DNA of 64,000 nucleotides from Eledone cirrhosa (Eukaryota), in contig OZ024745.1 of NCBI GenBank assembly GCA_964016885.1, forward strand, positions 19,406,001 to 19,470,000. The letters run 5' to 3'. Each line of letters opens with the position of its first letter. Positions within the stretch are counted from its first letter, which is position 1. The position numbers and the translations under genes were made by a program. The notes beneath the pieces are model-generated. The model was not told where the DNA came from. It did no database searches and saw nothing but the letters and a program-made list of their open reading frames with translations. Of this stretch, positions 41,651 through 58,147 are shown piece after piece.

Positions 41651-42354
41651 CTTACTGAAAAAATAAAGAAATTCTTTGATAAAAATGATTATGGTAATAA
41701 ATGAATAAATAAATATATACAAATGGCAGTGCCCCAGCATGGACTCAGCCTGTTGGGTGGAACAGGTAACAATAATGGCATGATTATACAATGGTTTCTG
41801 AGTCAGGCCAAAACAACAATTTTTTTTTTGGGGGGGGGGGTCAATTAAATTCCTTCCAGTGCATCACTGGTACTTTATGGACATGTGGTGGTGGTTATGG
41901 TAGCTACAGTTGAAGTGATATGGAGATGGTAGTGGTGGTATGGACATGTATAGATATGTGATGATGGTAGTATGAAAATGTGATGATGGTAGTATGAAAA
42001 TGTGATGATGGTAGTGGTAGCTACAAGGTAATATGGACATAAGGTGGTGGTTATGGTTGATAGCAACAATAATAACTAAGCAAGGAGTAAAGATTGAAAG
42101 CTACTAAAGATTTCAACGCTTTCATGGCTGAATTTCTAATGAAATACGCTCTATTCTAATTAATTAATTGTTTCTACTTTTGGCACAAGGCCAGCAATTA
42201 TCCCAGTGGTACTTTATTTTATCGACCCCGTAAGGATGAAAGGCAAAGTAAACCTCAGGAGGATTTGAACTCAGATCAGAAAGGGGCATAACTATGCTGC
42301 AAAGCATGTTATCCGACCCTCTACAGATACTGCCAACACCCTTTTTTCATTTCA

Positions 42355-42678
42355 TTTTACGTCCACTTTTCCCTGCTTGCAAGGGTGGGACGGGAACTGA
42401 TTCTGGCATGATTTCTACAGCTGGATGCCCTTCCTAACACCAACCTCATTTACAGTGAGTGCTGGGTGCTTTTTTGCCGTGGCACCTCCACGACCACTTT
42501 GCAGTGGAATGATAGGGACTGAGGTCCCTATCATCTCATTTCTACAGCTGAGTAAACTGGAGCAATGTGAAATAAAGTGTCTTGCTCAAGGAAACAACAC
42601 ATCACCCGGTCTGAGAATTGAACTCACAACCTTTCGATTGCAAGGCCAATGCTCTAACCACTAAGCCATGTGCCTACA
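42355..42678 (-). mobile_element. tRNA-derived SINE, family A
   Basis: Reverse complement of 37371-37712. Confidence 0.9.
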
Positions 42679-43077
42679 TATTCTAATTAATTAATAAAGA
42701 ATTTCAAGGAATTTACTGAAATTATTAATTATTTCATTATTAAGAGAGTAACTTAATGTAAGGTTCCTATATAAAATTATGTTGGAAGATATATTAATTT
42801 AAATTTGAAACCTTTAAACTCATTTAAACTCATTTCACAGAACCAGAGTTTGAAACTAAAGGGATAACTGAACCAAAACTTATGATCTGAAAATGATGAT
42901 ATAGGGGTGAAAATCCCTTGAAAATATCCAAATAAGGTGAAAGATGTAAAGGGACAGGTAAGGATAGGGTGTTAACTACAGAAAATTCTCAATAGATTAC
43001 ATTATAAAACATACAAATATTGTTTCTATATGTATATATATATATATACATTTATCTATATAAAAAATATATATACA

Positions 43078-43465
43078 CAGAAGTCAATGGAAGCCGCGGA
43101 GTGGGGCGACCCAAGAAGACCTGGGATGAGGTGATAAAAGCGGACCTTACCCAATTGCACCTCTCAAAGGTGATGACACACAACCACGACCTCTGGCATC
43201 ATGCAGTAATACAGAAGACCCGACTTCCCACGGGTACAAGTCAAAGCTGAAGCATATAAACAATATGCCCCCACCCCTCCAAGTGGTCGTGGAGGTGTCA
43301 CGGCAAAAAAGCACCCAGCACTCACTGTAAATGAGGTTGGTGTTAGGAAGGGCATCCAGCCAGAATCAGTTCCCGTATGAGCAAGACAAGGTCAGCCGAC
43401 TGGACACTGCCCACAACAGGACAACCCATGCTAGCGTGGAAAAACAGACGTAAAACAGTGATGAT
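43078..43465 (+). mobile_element. RTE 3' end of a related subfamily
   Basis: GSRGVGRPKKTWDEVIKADLTQLHLSK followed by the shared GGTGTTAGGAAGGGCATCCAG tail. Confidence 0.75.
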
Positions 43466-43741
43466 ATATGTATATATACACACATGTATATATACACACA
43501 TATGTATATATACACACACACATATATGTATATATATACACATGTATATACACACACATATATGTATATATACACACATATATGTCAGTCTATTTTTAGT
43601 AGGAATTGATTACATTTATCAGCAATTGACACAATTTTCCAGCCTTACACATATAAGAGGTTAAAATAATGTGAAGTGAAGATAGCTGTTAACTATAGAA
43701 AATCCTCAATAGATTAACAAAACTAATATTGTGTGAATGTG

Positions 43742-43789
<48 letters not shown>

Positions 43790-43829
43790 TATATATATAT
43801 AAATATATATAAATATAAATATATATATA

Positions 43830-43861
<32 letters not shown>

Positions 43862-43894
43862 AATATATATAAATATAAATATATAAATATAAAT

Positions 43895-43973
<79 letters not shown>

Positions 43974-44014
43974 AATATATATAAATAAATATATATATAA
44001 ATATATATAAATAA

Positions 44015-44047
<33 letters not shown>

Positions 44048-44166
44048 TATATATATATATATATATAAATATATATATATATAAATAAATATATATATAA
44101 ATAAATATATATATAAATATATAAATAAATATATAAATAAATATATATATATATATATATATAAAT

Positions 44167-44205
<39 letters not shown>

Positions 44206-44296
44206 AATATATATATATATAAATAAATATATATATATATATATAAATATATATATATATAAATATATATATATATAAATATATATATATATAAAT

Positions 44297-44331
<35 letters not shown>

Positions 44332-44332
<1 letters not shown>

Positions 44333-45460
44333 GCAAAGTATGGGTGCATAAAAGATGTAGTGGGATCACAGGTAAGCTAACTAAGAACATAGATTTTACA
44401 TGTGGCCGGTGCTCTGGTGCAATAAGTAGCAGCAAGTGCCCACAAACTACTAGCTCTTTCAATTGCGCAGAGGGTTCTATAGAAATAGTGGACAGCTTCC
44501 GTTACCTGGGCGATAAAATCAGCAGTGGGGGAGGGTGCTCTGAAAGTACTGTAGCTAGAGTCAGAACTGGTTGGAAAAAGTTCAGAGAGCTTATACCACT
44601 ATTAGCTGCTAAAGGGTTCTCACTAAAAATGAAAGGCAGGTTGTACGATGCCTGCATACGAACAGCAATGCTGCATGGCAGTGAGACCTGGGCATTGTGT
44701 GCAGAGGATATACGCAGACTAGAGAGGAACGAAGCTTGCATGCTCCGCTGGATGTGTAACAGTAATATACGTGAACGGCAAAGCATAAACGAACTAAGGA
44801 AAAAATTAGAGATAAGAGGGATCAGATGTTTACTCGAGAGAAGGCTACGTTGGTATGGACACGTGATGCGCATGAAAGTCGATAGCTGTATAACAAAGTG
44901 CAGGGCAATAAAGATAGACGGTAGTCACGGAATAGGCAGACCTAGAAAAACCTGGGACGAGCTGATAAACTCCGACATCACACACTTACACCTCTCCAAG
45001 ACAATGTCACTGGACCGAGACCTTTGGCGGTACTCAGTAACAGAGAAGACCCGCCTTACCTAAATATATAGTAAAACCTACTCCAGCCAGTAGGCATCTC
45101 TAACAAAATACACCCCGTCCCACCACCACCACCCCCACCCGATCCACACCACCCCGTTCTATGTAAAGTTATGTTGGTGCCGCGCCATCGAGGCCGAAAC
45201 AAATGAGATCGTGTAGGTGTCACGACAAAAAAACACACAGTCCACGCTGTAATGTGGCCGTGTAGGCAACACGGTAAAAACCTCCCAGACCCACACTGTA
45301 AATGTGGTTGGTGTTAGGAAGGGCATCCAACTGTAGAAAACCTGCCAGACAGTCCTATGCGAGCAAGACAATCACTCTTGCCTCAAGTGGGACTACCCCC
45401 ATCCAAACCCATGCAAGCGTGGAACACGGACGTTAAACGTTGATGATGATGATGATGATG
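44332..45460 (+). mobile_element. RTE LINE 3' fragment between long (TA)n arrays
   Basis: ORF 44344-45063 closely matches 36235-36946; (GAT)n tail. Confidence 0.92.
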
Positions 45461-46938
<1,478 letters not shown>

Positions 46939-47009
46939 ACTCTTTTACTCTTTTACCTGTTTCAGCCATCCGGCTGAGGCCATCACTGGGGCACCGCCCT
47001 TGTTGCTAC

Positions 47010-49308
47010 ACATTTTATCTCCAGCCTGTATAGGTTGGCCACTGGTGTAAGAGGGAGTTTGTTGCTGCTGCCCTTAGGTTTCCCTCGTGTCTTGCTGTGG
47101 GCTCATCCGGGATCCTGGATAACAAGGTGTCGAGATGTTTCTTAAAGACATCCACCTCCACGTCATGCAAGTCTCGCAGATGCCTCGGCAGCCTGTTGAA
47201 GAGTTGAGGGCCCTTGAATCCCAGGCTATTGCAATACCTGCTCCTTATTCTAGATGTGGAAGACGGGACCTTTGGCACCACACAGTGACGTCCTGTTCGA
47301 CGGTTGGTCCAGCTCCCAATGCCAAAGTTTGGTGCTAGTCCCTCCAAGATTTTCCACATGTAGATCACTGCGTATCTCTCCCGTCTTTGCTCCAAGGAGT
47401 AGAGGTTCAGTTCCTTTAGCCTCTCCCAGTAGCTTGTCTCCCTCATCTTGGCAATCCTCTTGGTGTAGCTTCGCTGGATTGCCTCAAGCTCCGTGGTTAG
47501 TTTGACACTATGGGGTGACCACAGCTGGGAGCAGTAGTCCAGGCGGCTTAGGACAAAAGTCCTCCACAGTGTCAACATGGTGTCTCGATCTCTTGTAAGG
47601 AAAGTCCTCAAGATCCAGCCAGCGAATCGTCTACATGTTCTCGCCACCTTCATGATGTGTGAAGAAAAAGATGCATCATCGCTCATGTCTATGCCCAGGT
47701 CTCGTATCGATTTTGACACGGGGATATCGGTCCCTCCTGGTCCTGTGTAGCTGTGTTCCGCTATATTTGTGTTTGTGTTTGCAGGTTTGTATTGTAGGGC
47801 TTGGAATTTGCCAGCATTAAACTGCATGTTGTTTTCTTCCGCCCATCTGTATATGGCATCCAGATCCTGCTGTAAGAGGGCAGCGTCAGCCGGGTTTTTG
47901 ATTGCCTGTGCTACCTTAGTGTCATCAGCATAGCTAGTGAGGGATGTTGTTGCATGCACCACAGAGGGCATGTCCGAGAGAGCCACCAAAAACAGTAGTG
48001 GTCCCAGGACTGTCCCCTGGGGCACCCCACTTGTTATCGGTGTTTCCCTCGAGAGGGCCCCATTTGCTGCGACTGCCTGGCTTCTGTCCCTTAGGAAGCC
48101 ATGCAGCCACTCATCTACTTTTCCAGTTATGCCGAGTCCGTGTAGTTTGTGACATATCATTCCGTGGTCGACCTTGTCAAAGGCCTTCGCAAAGTCAAGA
48201 TATATCACGTCTACATGTGAGCTGTTTAGTAGTTGTCTCAGTACCCAGTCGTAGTGATGTAGCAGCTGTGTAAGGCAGCTTCTTCCTGGGCGGAAGCCAT
48301 GTTGCGTGCTAGTCAGGCGGTCATTTTCTTCGAGGAAAGTGATTAGTTTCTTTCTGACGACTCGCTCCATGACCTTACTGATATGCGACGTCAGGGAGAC
48401 TGGCCTATAGTTCTTGGCCTCCGCTCTACTACCTCCTTTATGGATAGGGCATATTGTGCCTTCCTTCAGCTCCCTGGGTAGTACACCGCTAGCCAAGGAG
48501 CTTCTGAAGAGCATCTTCAGTGGAGTTGCTAAGGCCCGCTTACATATTTTTAGGAGAACTGCTGGGAATCCATCAGGTCCAGCAGCTGAGTCTGTTCTAA
48601 TTTCATCAATGGCGTACACCACATCCTCCTCCGTTATGTCTATGTGGTTGATGGTTGCCATTTCTTGATGTAGTGTTGGCATCAAAGAACTCCTCTGGCT
48701 TCGTTATTTGCATGTGCCTCAGTGGACATGTGAAGACACTTTTGTACTGTTCGTTCAGTATTTCACATATCTCTTGGGGATTTTCGGTTAATGAACCGTC
48801 CGTGTGGAAGAGTGGTCCAATCTTGCAGTGTACTGAGGCAGTTTCTTTTGCAAATTTAAAGAAGGTCTTAGGGTTTGTTTTAATGTTTTCTATGGCCCTG
48901 TTCTCTTTCTTTGCCCTCTCATTCTCATGTGAAAGTTTGAGTGCAATCTCGGTGTCAAGTAGTGCACGTTTCAAATAGGATTCCTTCTTGTTTTGGTTTT
49001 GTTGACTATTCAACTGGTTTGAGAGTTTAGTTCTACGTCTCATAAGGATTTTCCTATCTCTGGGAATAAGATTTTTGTGTCTGTTTGCCTCTTTCTCCGG
49101 GACACACTTTTTGCATATGGTGTGTATCGTTGTCATGAAGTGTTGAAATTGTGTGTTAGTGTCTTGTGTGGCGATGTTTTCACTCCATGTTTGCTTCCGG
49201 ATTTCACTCTTAATCTTTTTCCAGTTAGCCTTGTAGAAGTTAAGGTTGGATAGCGTCCCGGAGCTTCTTGGTGGTTTTGTCTCTGTTGGTTCTCTTGGAC
49301 CACAGAGA
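47010..49308 (-). mobile_element. CR1-type LINE, 5'-truncated, RT domain open
   Basis: YLDFAKAFDKVDH, SGVPQGTVLGPLLF, SYADDTK, RDLG, WSPH, YWERLKELNLYSLEQRRER; frameshift near 48670. Confidence 0.92.
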
Positions 49309-49707
49309 TGATAAAAGTAGAAACAATTATTATATAATAATTGTTTCTACTTTTACTGGTACTTTATTTTATCGACCCCATAAGGATGAAAGGCAAAGTT
49401 AACCTCGGCGGGATTTGAACTCAGAATGGCAAGGGCCGTAACTCTATACGTCAAAGCATGGCGTCCGACTCTCTACCGATACTGCCAATTTACCGCCCTA
49501 TATAAATATATATATATAAATATATATATATATAAATATATATATATATAAATATATATATATATAAATATATATATATATAAATATATATATATATAAA
49601 TATATATATATATAAATATATATATATATAAATATATATATATATAAATATATATATATATAAATATATATAAATATAAATATATATAAATATAAATATA
49701 TATAAAT

Positions 49708-49756
<49 letters not shown>

Positions 49757-49791
49757 AATATATATATATATAAATATATATATATATAAAT

Positions 49792-49854
<63 letters not shown>

Positions 49855-49865
49855 TATATAAATAT

Positions 49866-49904
<39 letters not shown>

Positions 49905-50007
49905 AATATATATATAAATAAATATATATATATATATATATAAATATATATATATATAAATATATATATATATAAATATATATATATATAAATATATATA
50001 TATATAA

Positions 50008-50040
<33 letters not shown>

Positions 50041-50101
50041 AATATATATATATAAAAATATATATATATAAAAATATATATATAAAAATATATATATAAA
50101 A

Positions 50102-50154
<53 letters not shown>

Positions 50155-50253
50155 TATATATAAAAATTATATATATAAAAATATATATATAAATATATAT
50201 ATATATAAATATATATATATAAATATATATATATAAATATATATATAAATATA

Positions 50254-50504
<251 letters not shown>

Positions 50505-50559
50505 TCTTCTTTAAAATAAATATATATAAATAAATAAATAAATATATATATATATATAA

Positions 50560-50594
<35 letters not shown>

Positions 50595-51399
50595 AAAGAG
50601 AGAGGTGTAGATAGATATAGTTCAGTGTATTTTTAGTAGTAGTTGATTAAATTTATCAGCAATTGACTCAATTTGCTAGCCTCATAGAGAGCGGGGTGGG
50701 GGGGTGGGGTGGGGGGTGTTATAGGTCAATAATTCTGTCCGCCAGGGCTGCAGAGAGACCTGCACGTGGGCCTCCATTTGCTCATAATAGTGAGAGATGG
50801 AGGAGAGCAGGAGAGACAGGGGTAGTGACAGTGGGAATTTGGTTCCTTTGTGTTCGGACTTAGTATATATGTATATGTTTTGCAGACACACACATCATTA
50901 TTATTATTGCACCTATTACCACTACAAGGAAGAAACAAGACTGAAACATCTTAATTTAAAACTGCTCTTCATCACCTTCTTGACCTTATCTTGAAAATGT
51001 GAACCATTCACTTTTTCTCTCCTTTAAATTAAATATCATTTAAAATGTTCTTTATCTTTAAGTAAATATTAAATTCTTTAGTATTTTTATGTAATTGAAA
51101 ATTTTCGATTTTTCTGATAAAATTTGTATATATTTTCTCCTTGTTAAATATCATTTTAAACTCATTATTTCCACTTAACTAAAAACACAGGTGTTTTCTG
51201 ACCATTTTCAAGAGAAAATTCTGGCCGGATACGGGCAGTTTAAATGCTAAAGAATTAAATGTGCATCTTTATATCTAGATCGAATATCTTTGATTGTTTT
51301 ATCTAAATTACAAAGATAAGAAAAGAAATACTAATGACATGGAAACCCAGGATATTTTTGTGAAAACTATAAGAGCATTCTATAGTATCGACTGAGATG

Positions 51400-51642
51400 C
51401 ATGTCTACAACAGTATTGGCTGAGCTACTATAAAACCTAGCAAACTGAACTATTGTAGTGTCTACCATAGTATTAACTGAGATACTACAGTCTACCATAG
51501 TATTAACTGAGATACTACAGTCTACCATAGTATTAACTGAGATACTACAGTCTACCATAGTATTAACAGAGGTACTATATAGTCTACCATAGTATTAACA
51601 GAAATACTGTAGTCTACCATAGTATTAAGTGGTCTACCATAT
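51400..51642. repeat. 30-bp minisatellite
   Basis: GTCTACCATAGTATTAACTGAGATACTACA, ~6-7 copies. Confidence 0.9.
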
Positions 51643-51829
51643 ATTGTAATGCTTTAATTGTGAGAGAGGAGAGAGAGTAAATAATTCTAAGTACCTACCT
51701 ATGTTATAGTAACACACAAGATTTGGCTTTTGTATCCACAGTGACTGGTTGGAGTCTACAAATATAAAGAAATATGTTACACAAGAGTTGTAAATGGAGT
51801 TTTCTAGTTTGTATCTGTAGTGGTTGGTA

Positions 51830-51982
51830 TAGATATTTTGGGGGTACAATCTGGATATTTTGGGGGTACAATCTGGATATTTTGAGGGTGCAATCTGGAT
51901 ATTTTGTGATACAATCTGGATATTTTGGGATACAATCTGGATATTTTGGGGGTACAATCTAGATATTTTGGTGGGGGACAAT
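51830..51982. repeat. 21-22-bp minisatellite
   Basis: ATCTGGATATTTTGGGGGTACA, ~7 copies. Confidence 0.85.
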
Positions 51983-52257
51983 TTCAAAATGCAACAATAA
52001 GAATTTTTTATTATTATTTTACTTTGCCTTTCATCCTTACGGGGTCGATAAAATAAAGTACCAGTAACGCACTGGGTAATTGCTGGCCTTGTGCCTAAAG
52101 TAGAAACAATTATTATATTCTACTTAAAAATGCCTCATTTCATGGAACCCATTTTGAGAAAATTGGTCTACAACATTCTGGAAGTGATGATTTCACCCCT
52201 TCCTCATTCTGAGAGAAGAACTATTTGTAAAAGCGAGATTGCTCCCTTTAATTATTA

Positions 52258-53697
52258 TTGACTACACACTCACTAGCTGTACCATAGATACTAAGACTAT
52301 GGTAGACTACACTCTAGCTGTACCATAGATACTAAGACTATGGTAGACTACACACTAGCTGTACCATAGATACTAAGACTATAGTAGACTACACACTAGC
52401 TGTACCATAGATACTAAGACTATGGTAGACTACTCACTAGCTGTACCATAGATACTAAGACTATGGTAGACTACACACTAGCTGTACCATAGATACTAAG
52501 ACTATGGTAGACTACACACTAGCTGTACCATAGATACTAAGATTATGGTAGACTACACACTAGCTGTACCATAGATACTAAGACTATGGTAGACTACTCA
52601 CTAGCTGTACCATAGATACTAAGACTATGGTAGACTACACACTAGCTGTACCATAGATACTAAGACTATGGTAGACTACACACTAGCTGTATCATAAATA
52701 CTAAGACTATGGTAGACTACTCAATAGCTGTACCATAGATACTAAGACTATGGTAGACTACTCACTAGCTGTACCATAGATACTAAGACTATGGTAGACT
52801 ACTCACTAGCTGTACCATAGATACTAAGACTATGGTAGACTACACACTAGCTGTACCATAGATACTAAGACTATGGTAGACTACACACTAGCTGTACCAT
52901 AGATACTAAGACTATGGTAGACTACACACTAGCTGTACCATAGATACTAAGATTATGGTAGACTACACACTAGCTGTACCATAGATACTAAGACTATGGT
53001 AGACTACTCACTAGCTGTACCATAGATACTAAGACTATGGTAGACTACACACTAGCTGTACCATAGATACTAAGACTATGGTAGACTACACACTAGCTGT
53101 ACCACAGATACTAAGACTATGGTAGACTACACACTAGCTGTACCATAGATACTAAGACTATGGTAGACTACTCACTAACTGTACCATAGATACTAAGACT
53201 ATGGTAGACTACACACTAGCTGTACCATAGATACTAAGACTATGGTAGACTACACACTAGCTGTACCATAGATACTAAGACTATGGTAGACTACACACTA
53301 GCTGTACCATAGATACTAAGATTATGGTAGACTACACACTAGCTGTACCATAGATACTAAGACTATGGTAGACTACTCACTAGCTGTACCATAGATACTA
53401 AGACTATGGTAGACTACACACTAGCTGTACCATAGATACTAAGACTATGGTAGACTACACACTAGCTGTACCATAGATACTAAGACTATGGTAGACTACA
53501 CACTAGCTGTACCATAGATACTAAGACTATGGTAGACTACTCACTAGCTGTACCATAGATACTAAGACTATGGTAGACTACTCACTAGCTGTACCATAGA
53601 TACTAAGACTATGGTAGACTACACACTAGCTGTACCATAGATACTAAGACTATGGTAGACTACACACTAGCTGTACCATAGATACTAAGACTATAGT
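52258..53697. repeat. 41-bp minisatellite, ~35 copies, with internal hairpin
   Basis: GACTACACACTAGCTGTACCATAGATACTAAGACTATGGTA; TACCATAG/CTATGGTA stem. Confidence 0.97.
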
Positions 53698-53986
53698 TGA
53701 CTTAACTAGAAATGAATATTCTGTGGAAGAATACCTCCCACCACACACAAAACAAAAAAAAACCATTATCAATTGTTAATTTTCAGGGGGGGGGGGGGGG
53801 GGGTTCTTCAACAAGTGAGGGTGAAACAAGCCTTCAAATAATTTGTTTCAATATACTTGTGCTTTGGTTTTTACTAAACTGATTTTCTATTGAATCGAAA
53901 TGTTTGAATGATCATATTTTTTATTTATTTCTTAGTCTCATATTGGTGATAAAAAAGTGTGAGCTAATAATAATAATAATAATAGT

Positions 53987-54200
53987 GAAGGCGCATGGCA
54001 TAGTGGTTAGAACATTGGGCTTGCAATCGAAAGGTTGTGAGTTCAATTCTCGGACTGGGTGATGAGCAACTTTATTTCAGCTGTAGAAATGAGATGATAG
54101 GACTGGAGTCCCTATCATTAAATCACCCAAGACACCAATGAGATATACCTTGGAGGAGGCCAGCTTAACCTGCAAAGATGTGAGCTGACACACACACACA
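53987..54200 (+). mobile_element. SINE family A variant with (CA)n tail
   Basis: tRNA-like head; homolog on minus at 61475-61722. Confidence 0.75.
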
Positions 54201-55896
54201 CACACAATAATAATAATAATTAATACACATATATATAAAGTCGCTCCAATCCCAAAACTGTAACAGAAGCTGTGATAACACTAGACATATTTCAATATTG
54301 TTCTGCCCTCATCAGTGAAGCAGTACAGCCTTCATTGTACTTTACATAGTATCAAAGGAAGGATTCAGGAAATATACAAGATGATACATTGGTTGACATA
54401 GGAAAATATTATAGAAATATCTCTCCCTTTGATATTTTGTCTGTGGGGTGCAACTGAAGCACTGCTCTAACCTAGGTGTAGAGTCTGTCACCATCTCACC
54501 TTCGTATATAAGGTACCTTCGTATATAAGGTCCCTTCGTATATAAGGTCCCTTCGTATATAAGGTCTCTCCACCACCACCACCACCCTTTTCCTCCCATA
54601 GTCCTTTCAAATACTATTTTCTTTTTCTTTAGGTTTGACTAAATAATAAATTCTTTATTATTTTTCTGTAATTTTCTCCTAGAAATAAAAGAATATACAC
54701 CATCTTGCCTGATAAAAAAAAAACGTGATGGTCACTGCTGGAACGCCACCTATCACAATTCTGATGGATTAAGGTTCCTGTCGTAACGATCTCGTCCAAA
54801 TATGACAATACACCCCCCCCCCCCCCCATTATGTTGGTAAGAGTGTGTACTAAGGGTTTTCAAGTACTCGGATGGGGGGGGTGGGGTGCAAATACATTTT
54901 TGACACTTTTACCTTAATAGGCAAAGTAGGACAGATGAAATGTTTCCTTTCACACCTGAGCTGAACTAATGGAAGGCAGAGGGGGGGGGAGATCTTTCTG
55001 CGTCGCCCCTTACAGCTTGCAATGTTCTCCGGTAGGATGCGCTTTGAGTGAGATGTAGCTATTATTTCTAGCAGGTTGAGTGACCAGGGAGAGGCACGCT
55101 CTCTACGTGTCTATTATCAGTGATATGTACTCCGTGGCCGATCTCAATAATCCGCACCCCCCTAAATAAACAATGAACTATCAGAGAAATGAAACACTTA
55201 TCCATTGTAAACTATTTTATCGATAAGTTCCCCCCACCCCCTCCACTTTATTTGGATTATCAAACTAAGATGCCCCCACCACCACAAACAACAATTCCCC
55301 ACCACCACCAACAATCCCCCCACCACCACCAACAATCCCCCCACCACCTGCTGACTCAGTATCTAATACCACCAACAAGCTATTGATATAAGTCAAATAC
55401 AGGTAAATATAAATAAACATGTGTTGATGTTCTCTCTTTCACTCACTGCCTCCGTCTCTCTCTCCCCTCTCTCACTATTATAAGCAAATGGGGGCCCAAA
55501 CGCTGGCCCCGTGGGTCAGAATATAGAAGAGCCATTCCAGGTCGCAAGGTGACCGATGGTGGTGGGTAGGGAGGTGGTCCTAGAGGCCAAGGACACCAGA
55601 AATCACCACTGTTGATATAAGTTGTACCGCAGCCCAACTAGTATATATTCACACCGCCACCCCCACCCCCACCATCAACACCGCCACCCCCAACACCACC
55701 ATCAACACCGCCACCTGGCTATTTACGCCCCAGGCTAGCTCTACAACGTATATCCGCTTCTCTCAGCCACACAACAGGCTTTAAATATAGGTGAAACTAT
55801 TCACACGACATATCCTATAGATACAACCAAAGCACCTATCTACACGGCACTTTGGCCTCTCTTTCTGTTTTACCTCTGCCTCATCCTCAATACTGG

Positions 55897-55919
55897 AGGT
55901 GGTGGTGGTGGTAGTGTTG

Positions 55920-55962
<43 letters not shown>

Positions 55963-56014
55963 CAGTAGTAGTAGTAGTAGTGGTGGTAGTGGTGGTAGTA
56001 GTAGTAGTAGTAGC

Positions 56015-56052
<38 letters not shown>

Positions 56053-56520
56053 CGGTGGTGGTAGTGGTAGTAGTGGTGGTAGTACTGAGATGTTCCACAA
56101 AGGCTGATGGTATGTATCAACACTGAGCTACAACTTATATACCACCACTACTATTGCTACTGTTTCAATATATATGCACCACTACCACCACAGACTGGCT
56201 GCTATTGTACTAACACCACAACTACAACAACGCCACAACGACCCTGTACCACCACCACAACACCGCCACAACGACCCTGTACCACCACAACTACAACAAC
56301 ACCGCCACAACAACAACCACCATATACAACCACCACAACAACCACCACTACAACAACCACCACTACAACAACCACCATGTACTACTACAACAACAACCAC
56401 CAGGTACTACCACCACAACAACCACAATGTACTACCACCACCATGTACTACTACAACAACAACCACCATGTACTACCACCATAACAACCACCATGCACTA
56501 CCTCCCAAGCTGCCACCAAC
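55897..56520. repeat. (GTA/GTG)n followed by (ACC/ACA)n low-complexity tracts
   Basis: Direct reading. Confidence 0.85.
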
Positions 56521-58111
56521 CCATAGCACCATGTCAACCAACGTGAGAAGACATTTTGAGAGCTAGCTACTGGTTTCTAAAATAGGAACACGACCAGAAG
56601 TTGGAGGGAAAGAGTAGGGGGGTGGGGTCGAATAAATCAATATATTCGATTCGTATTTTAATTTTATCGATCCCGGAAAGATGAAAGGCAAGGTTGACAT
56701 CAGCAGGCTTTGAACTCAAAATCAAAGACTCCCTCCTCCATAACAAATACCTCAAAGCATTTTGTGACACTCGAACGATTAACCCAATCCCTAACAAATA
56801 GTTCTAACATTGGCACAAGGCCAGAAGTATTTACCCAAGTATTTAACTGGTACCACATTTTATTATTGAACTCTTTAACGTAAGGTGCAAAGGTTTGTCA
56901 GAGAAAATGAGAGAAGAGTATGGAATGCCGAAACTTTAGTTTCATAATTTTATTCTTGTAGTTGCTTTAGTTATTGTATTATGGGTATGCTAGGGCACCG
57001 CCTTGAAAGAATCTAGTCGATCATACCGATCCTAGAATTTTTTTTTTTTTTTCAAATCAAATCTGGTACTTATTTTATCGAACTCCTTTTCTATCGAGCC
57101 GCTAAGTTACAAAACAAAGAAACAGTAAGCAAACATCTATATATACGACGGGCTTCCATACAGTTTCAGTCTATCAATACCACTCACAAGGCATTGGTCA
57201 ACCAAAGGTGCCAAGCGATAGGTTTAATTCAGAAACTTCTTAGCCATATAGAAATGACTGCGGCAATAATAATTATTTCTACTTTTGGCACAAGGCCAAC
57301 ACTTTGGTGGGTGAGGGGGGGTCGATTAAATCGACCCCAGTGTGTTACTGGTGCTTTATTTTATCGACCCGTAAGAAAGGCAAAGCTAACCCTGGCGGGT
57401 TTTGAACTCAGTACATAACAATATGCTGCCCATTACGTTCTGAGTTCAAATTTAATTTCTAATATAGGCACACTGAAAGACATTTTAGGGGCTGGTTGGT
57501 CAATCTATGAAATGGACACTTGTACTGGACAGGTAATTTACCTTAACAAGCCTGATAAGATTTGAAATGCAAAATTGATCTTGACAAGATGAGAGAACTA
57601 AGCACTGTCGATTTTATCAAATAAGGCTATAAGGAACAGCTTGAGTGTGTTGGTATTGTCATCGTCAGACAGAACACTTGAGCTACTTATCAATGACACA
57701 CATAAGGTACTTCTTTCTAGTGGTTTAAACAGCTTTGTATTTTATTAATATCTGAGCGAATGAAGAGCCTATACAAGGAAGAGCTATATCAAGTAGATTT
57801 GCAACGACAAATTTTAAATTCGTTTAATGTAACAATTATAGAAATACTCATTCTGTCAGAGTAAAGAAAAAATAATCTCTAAATATACCCCCTGTCTTTT
57901 TACTTTTACGACATTGCGTTCCTGTAAGAATCTACATTATTCCAATTGCTATTATTAATTTTCAACACGAAAATTGAAGTGTTTGTGAAAAGAAATTTCG
58001 AATTTATGACAAACACAAATCGAAAATATTTAGTAAATGAAACGAGACTATACAATAATGAAAGTATTTTGTAAAATTATTATAAAAAGTATTTAAAATC
58101 TGTAGTTAATA

Positions 58112-58147
<36 letters not shown>

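Noticed and set aside
52258-53697. CRISPR-like array of palindromic repeats
   Set aside because: Units are contiguous with no unique spacers, there are no cas genes, and the context is eukaryotic.
54278-54320. Minus-strand CTGATGA...GAAATATGTC
   Set aside because: Stems I and II do not pair convincingly; at best a decayed relic.
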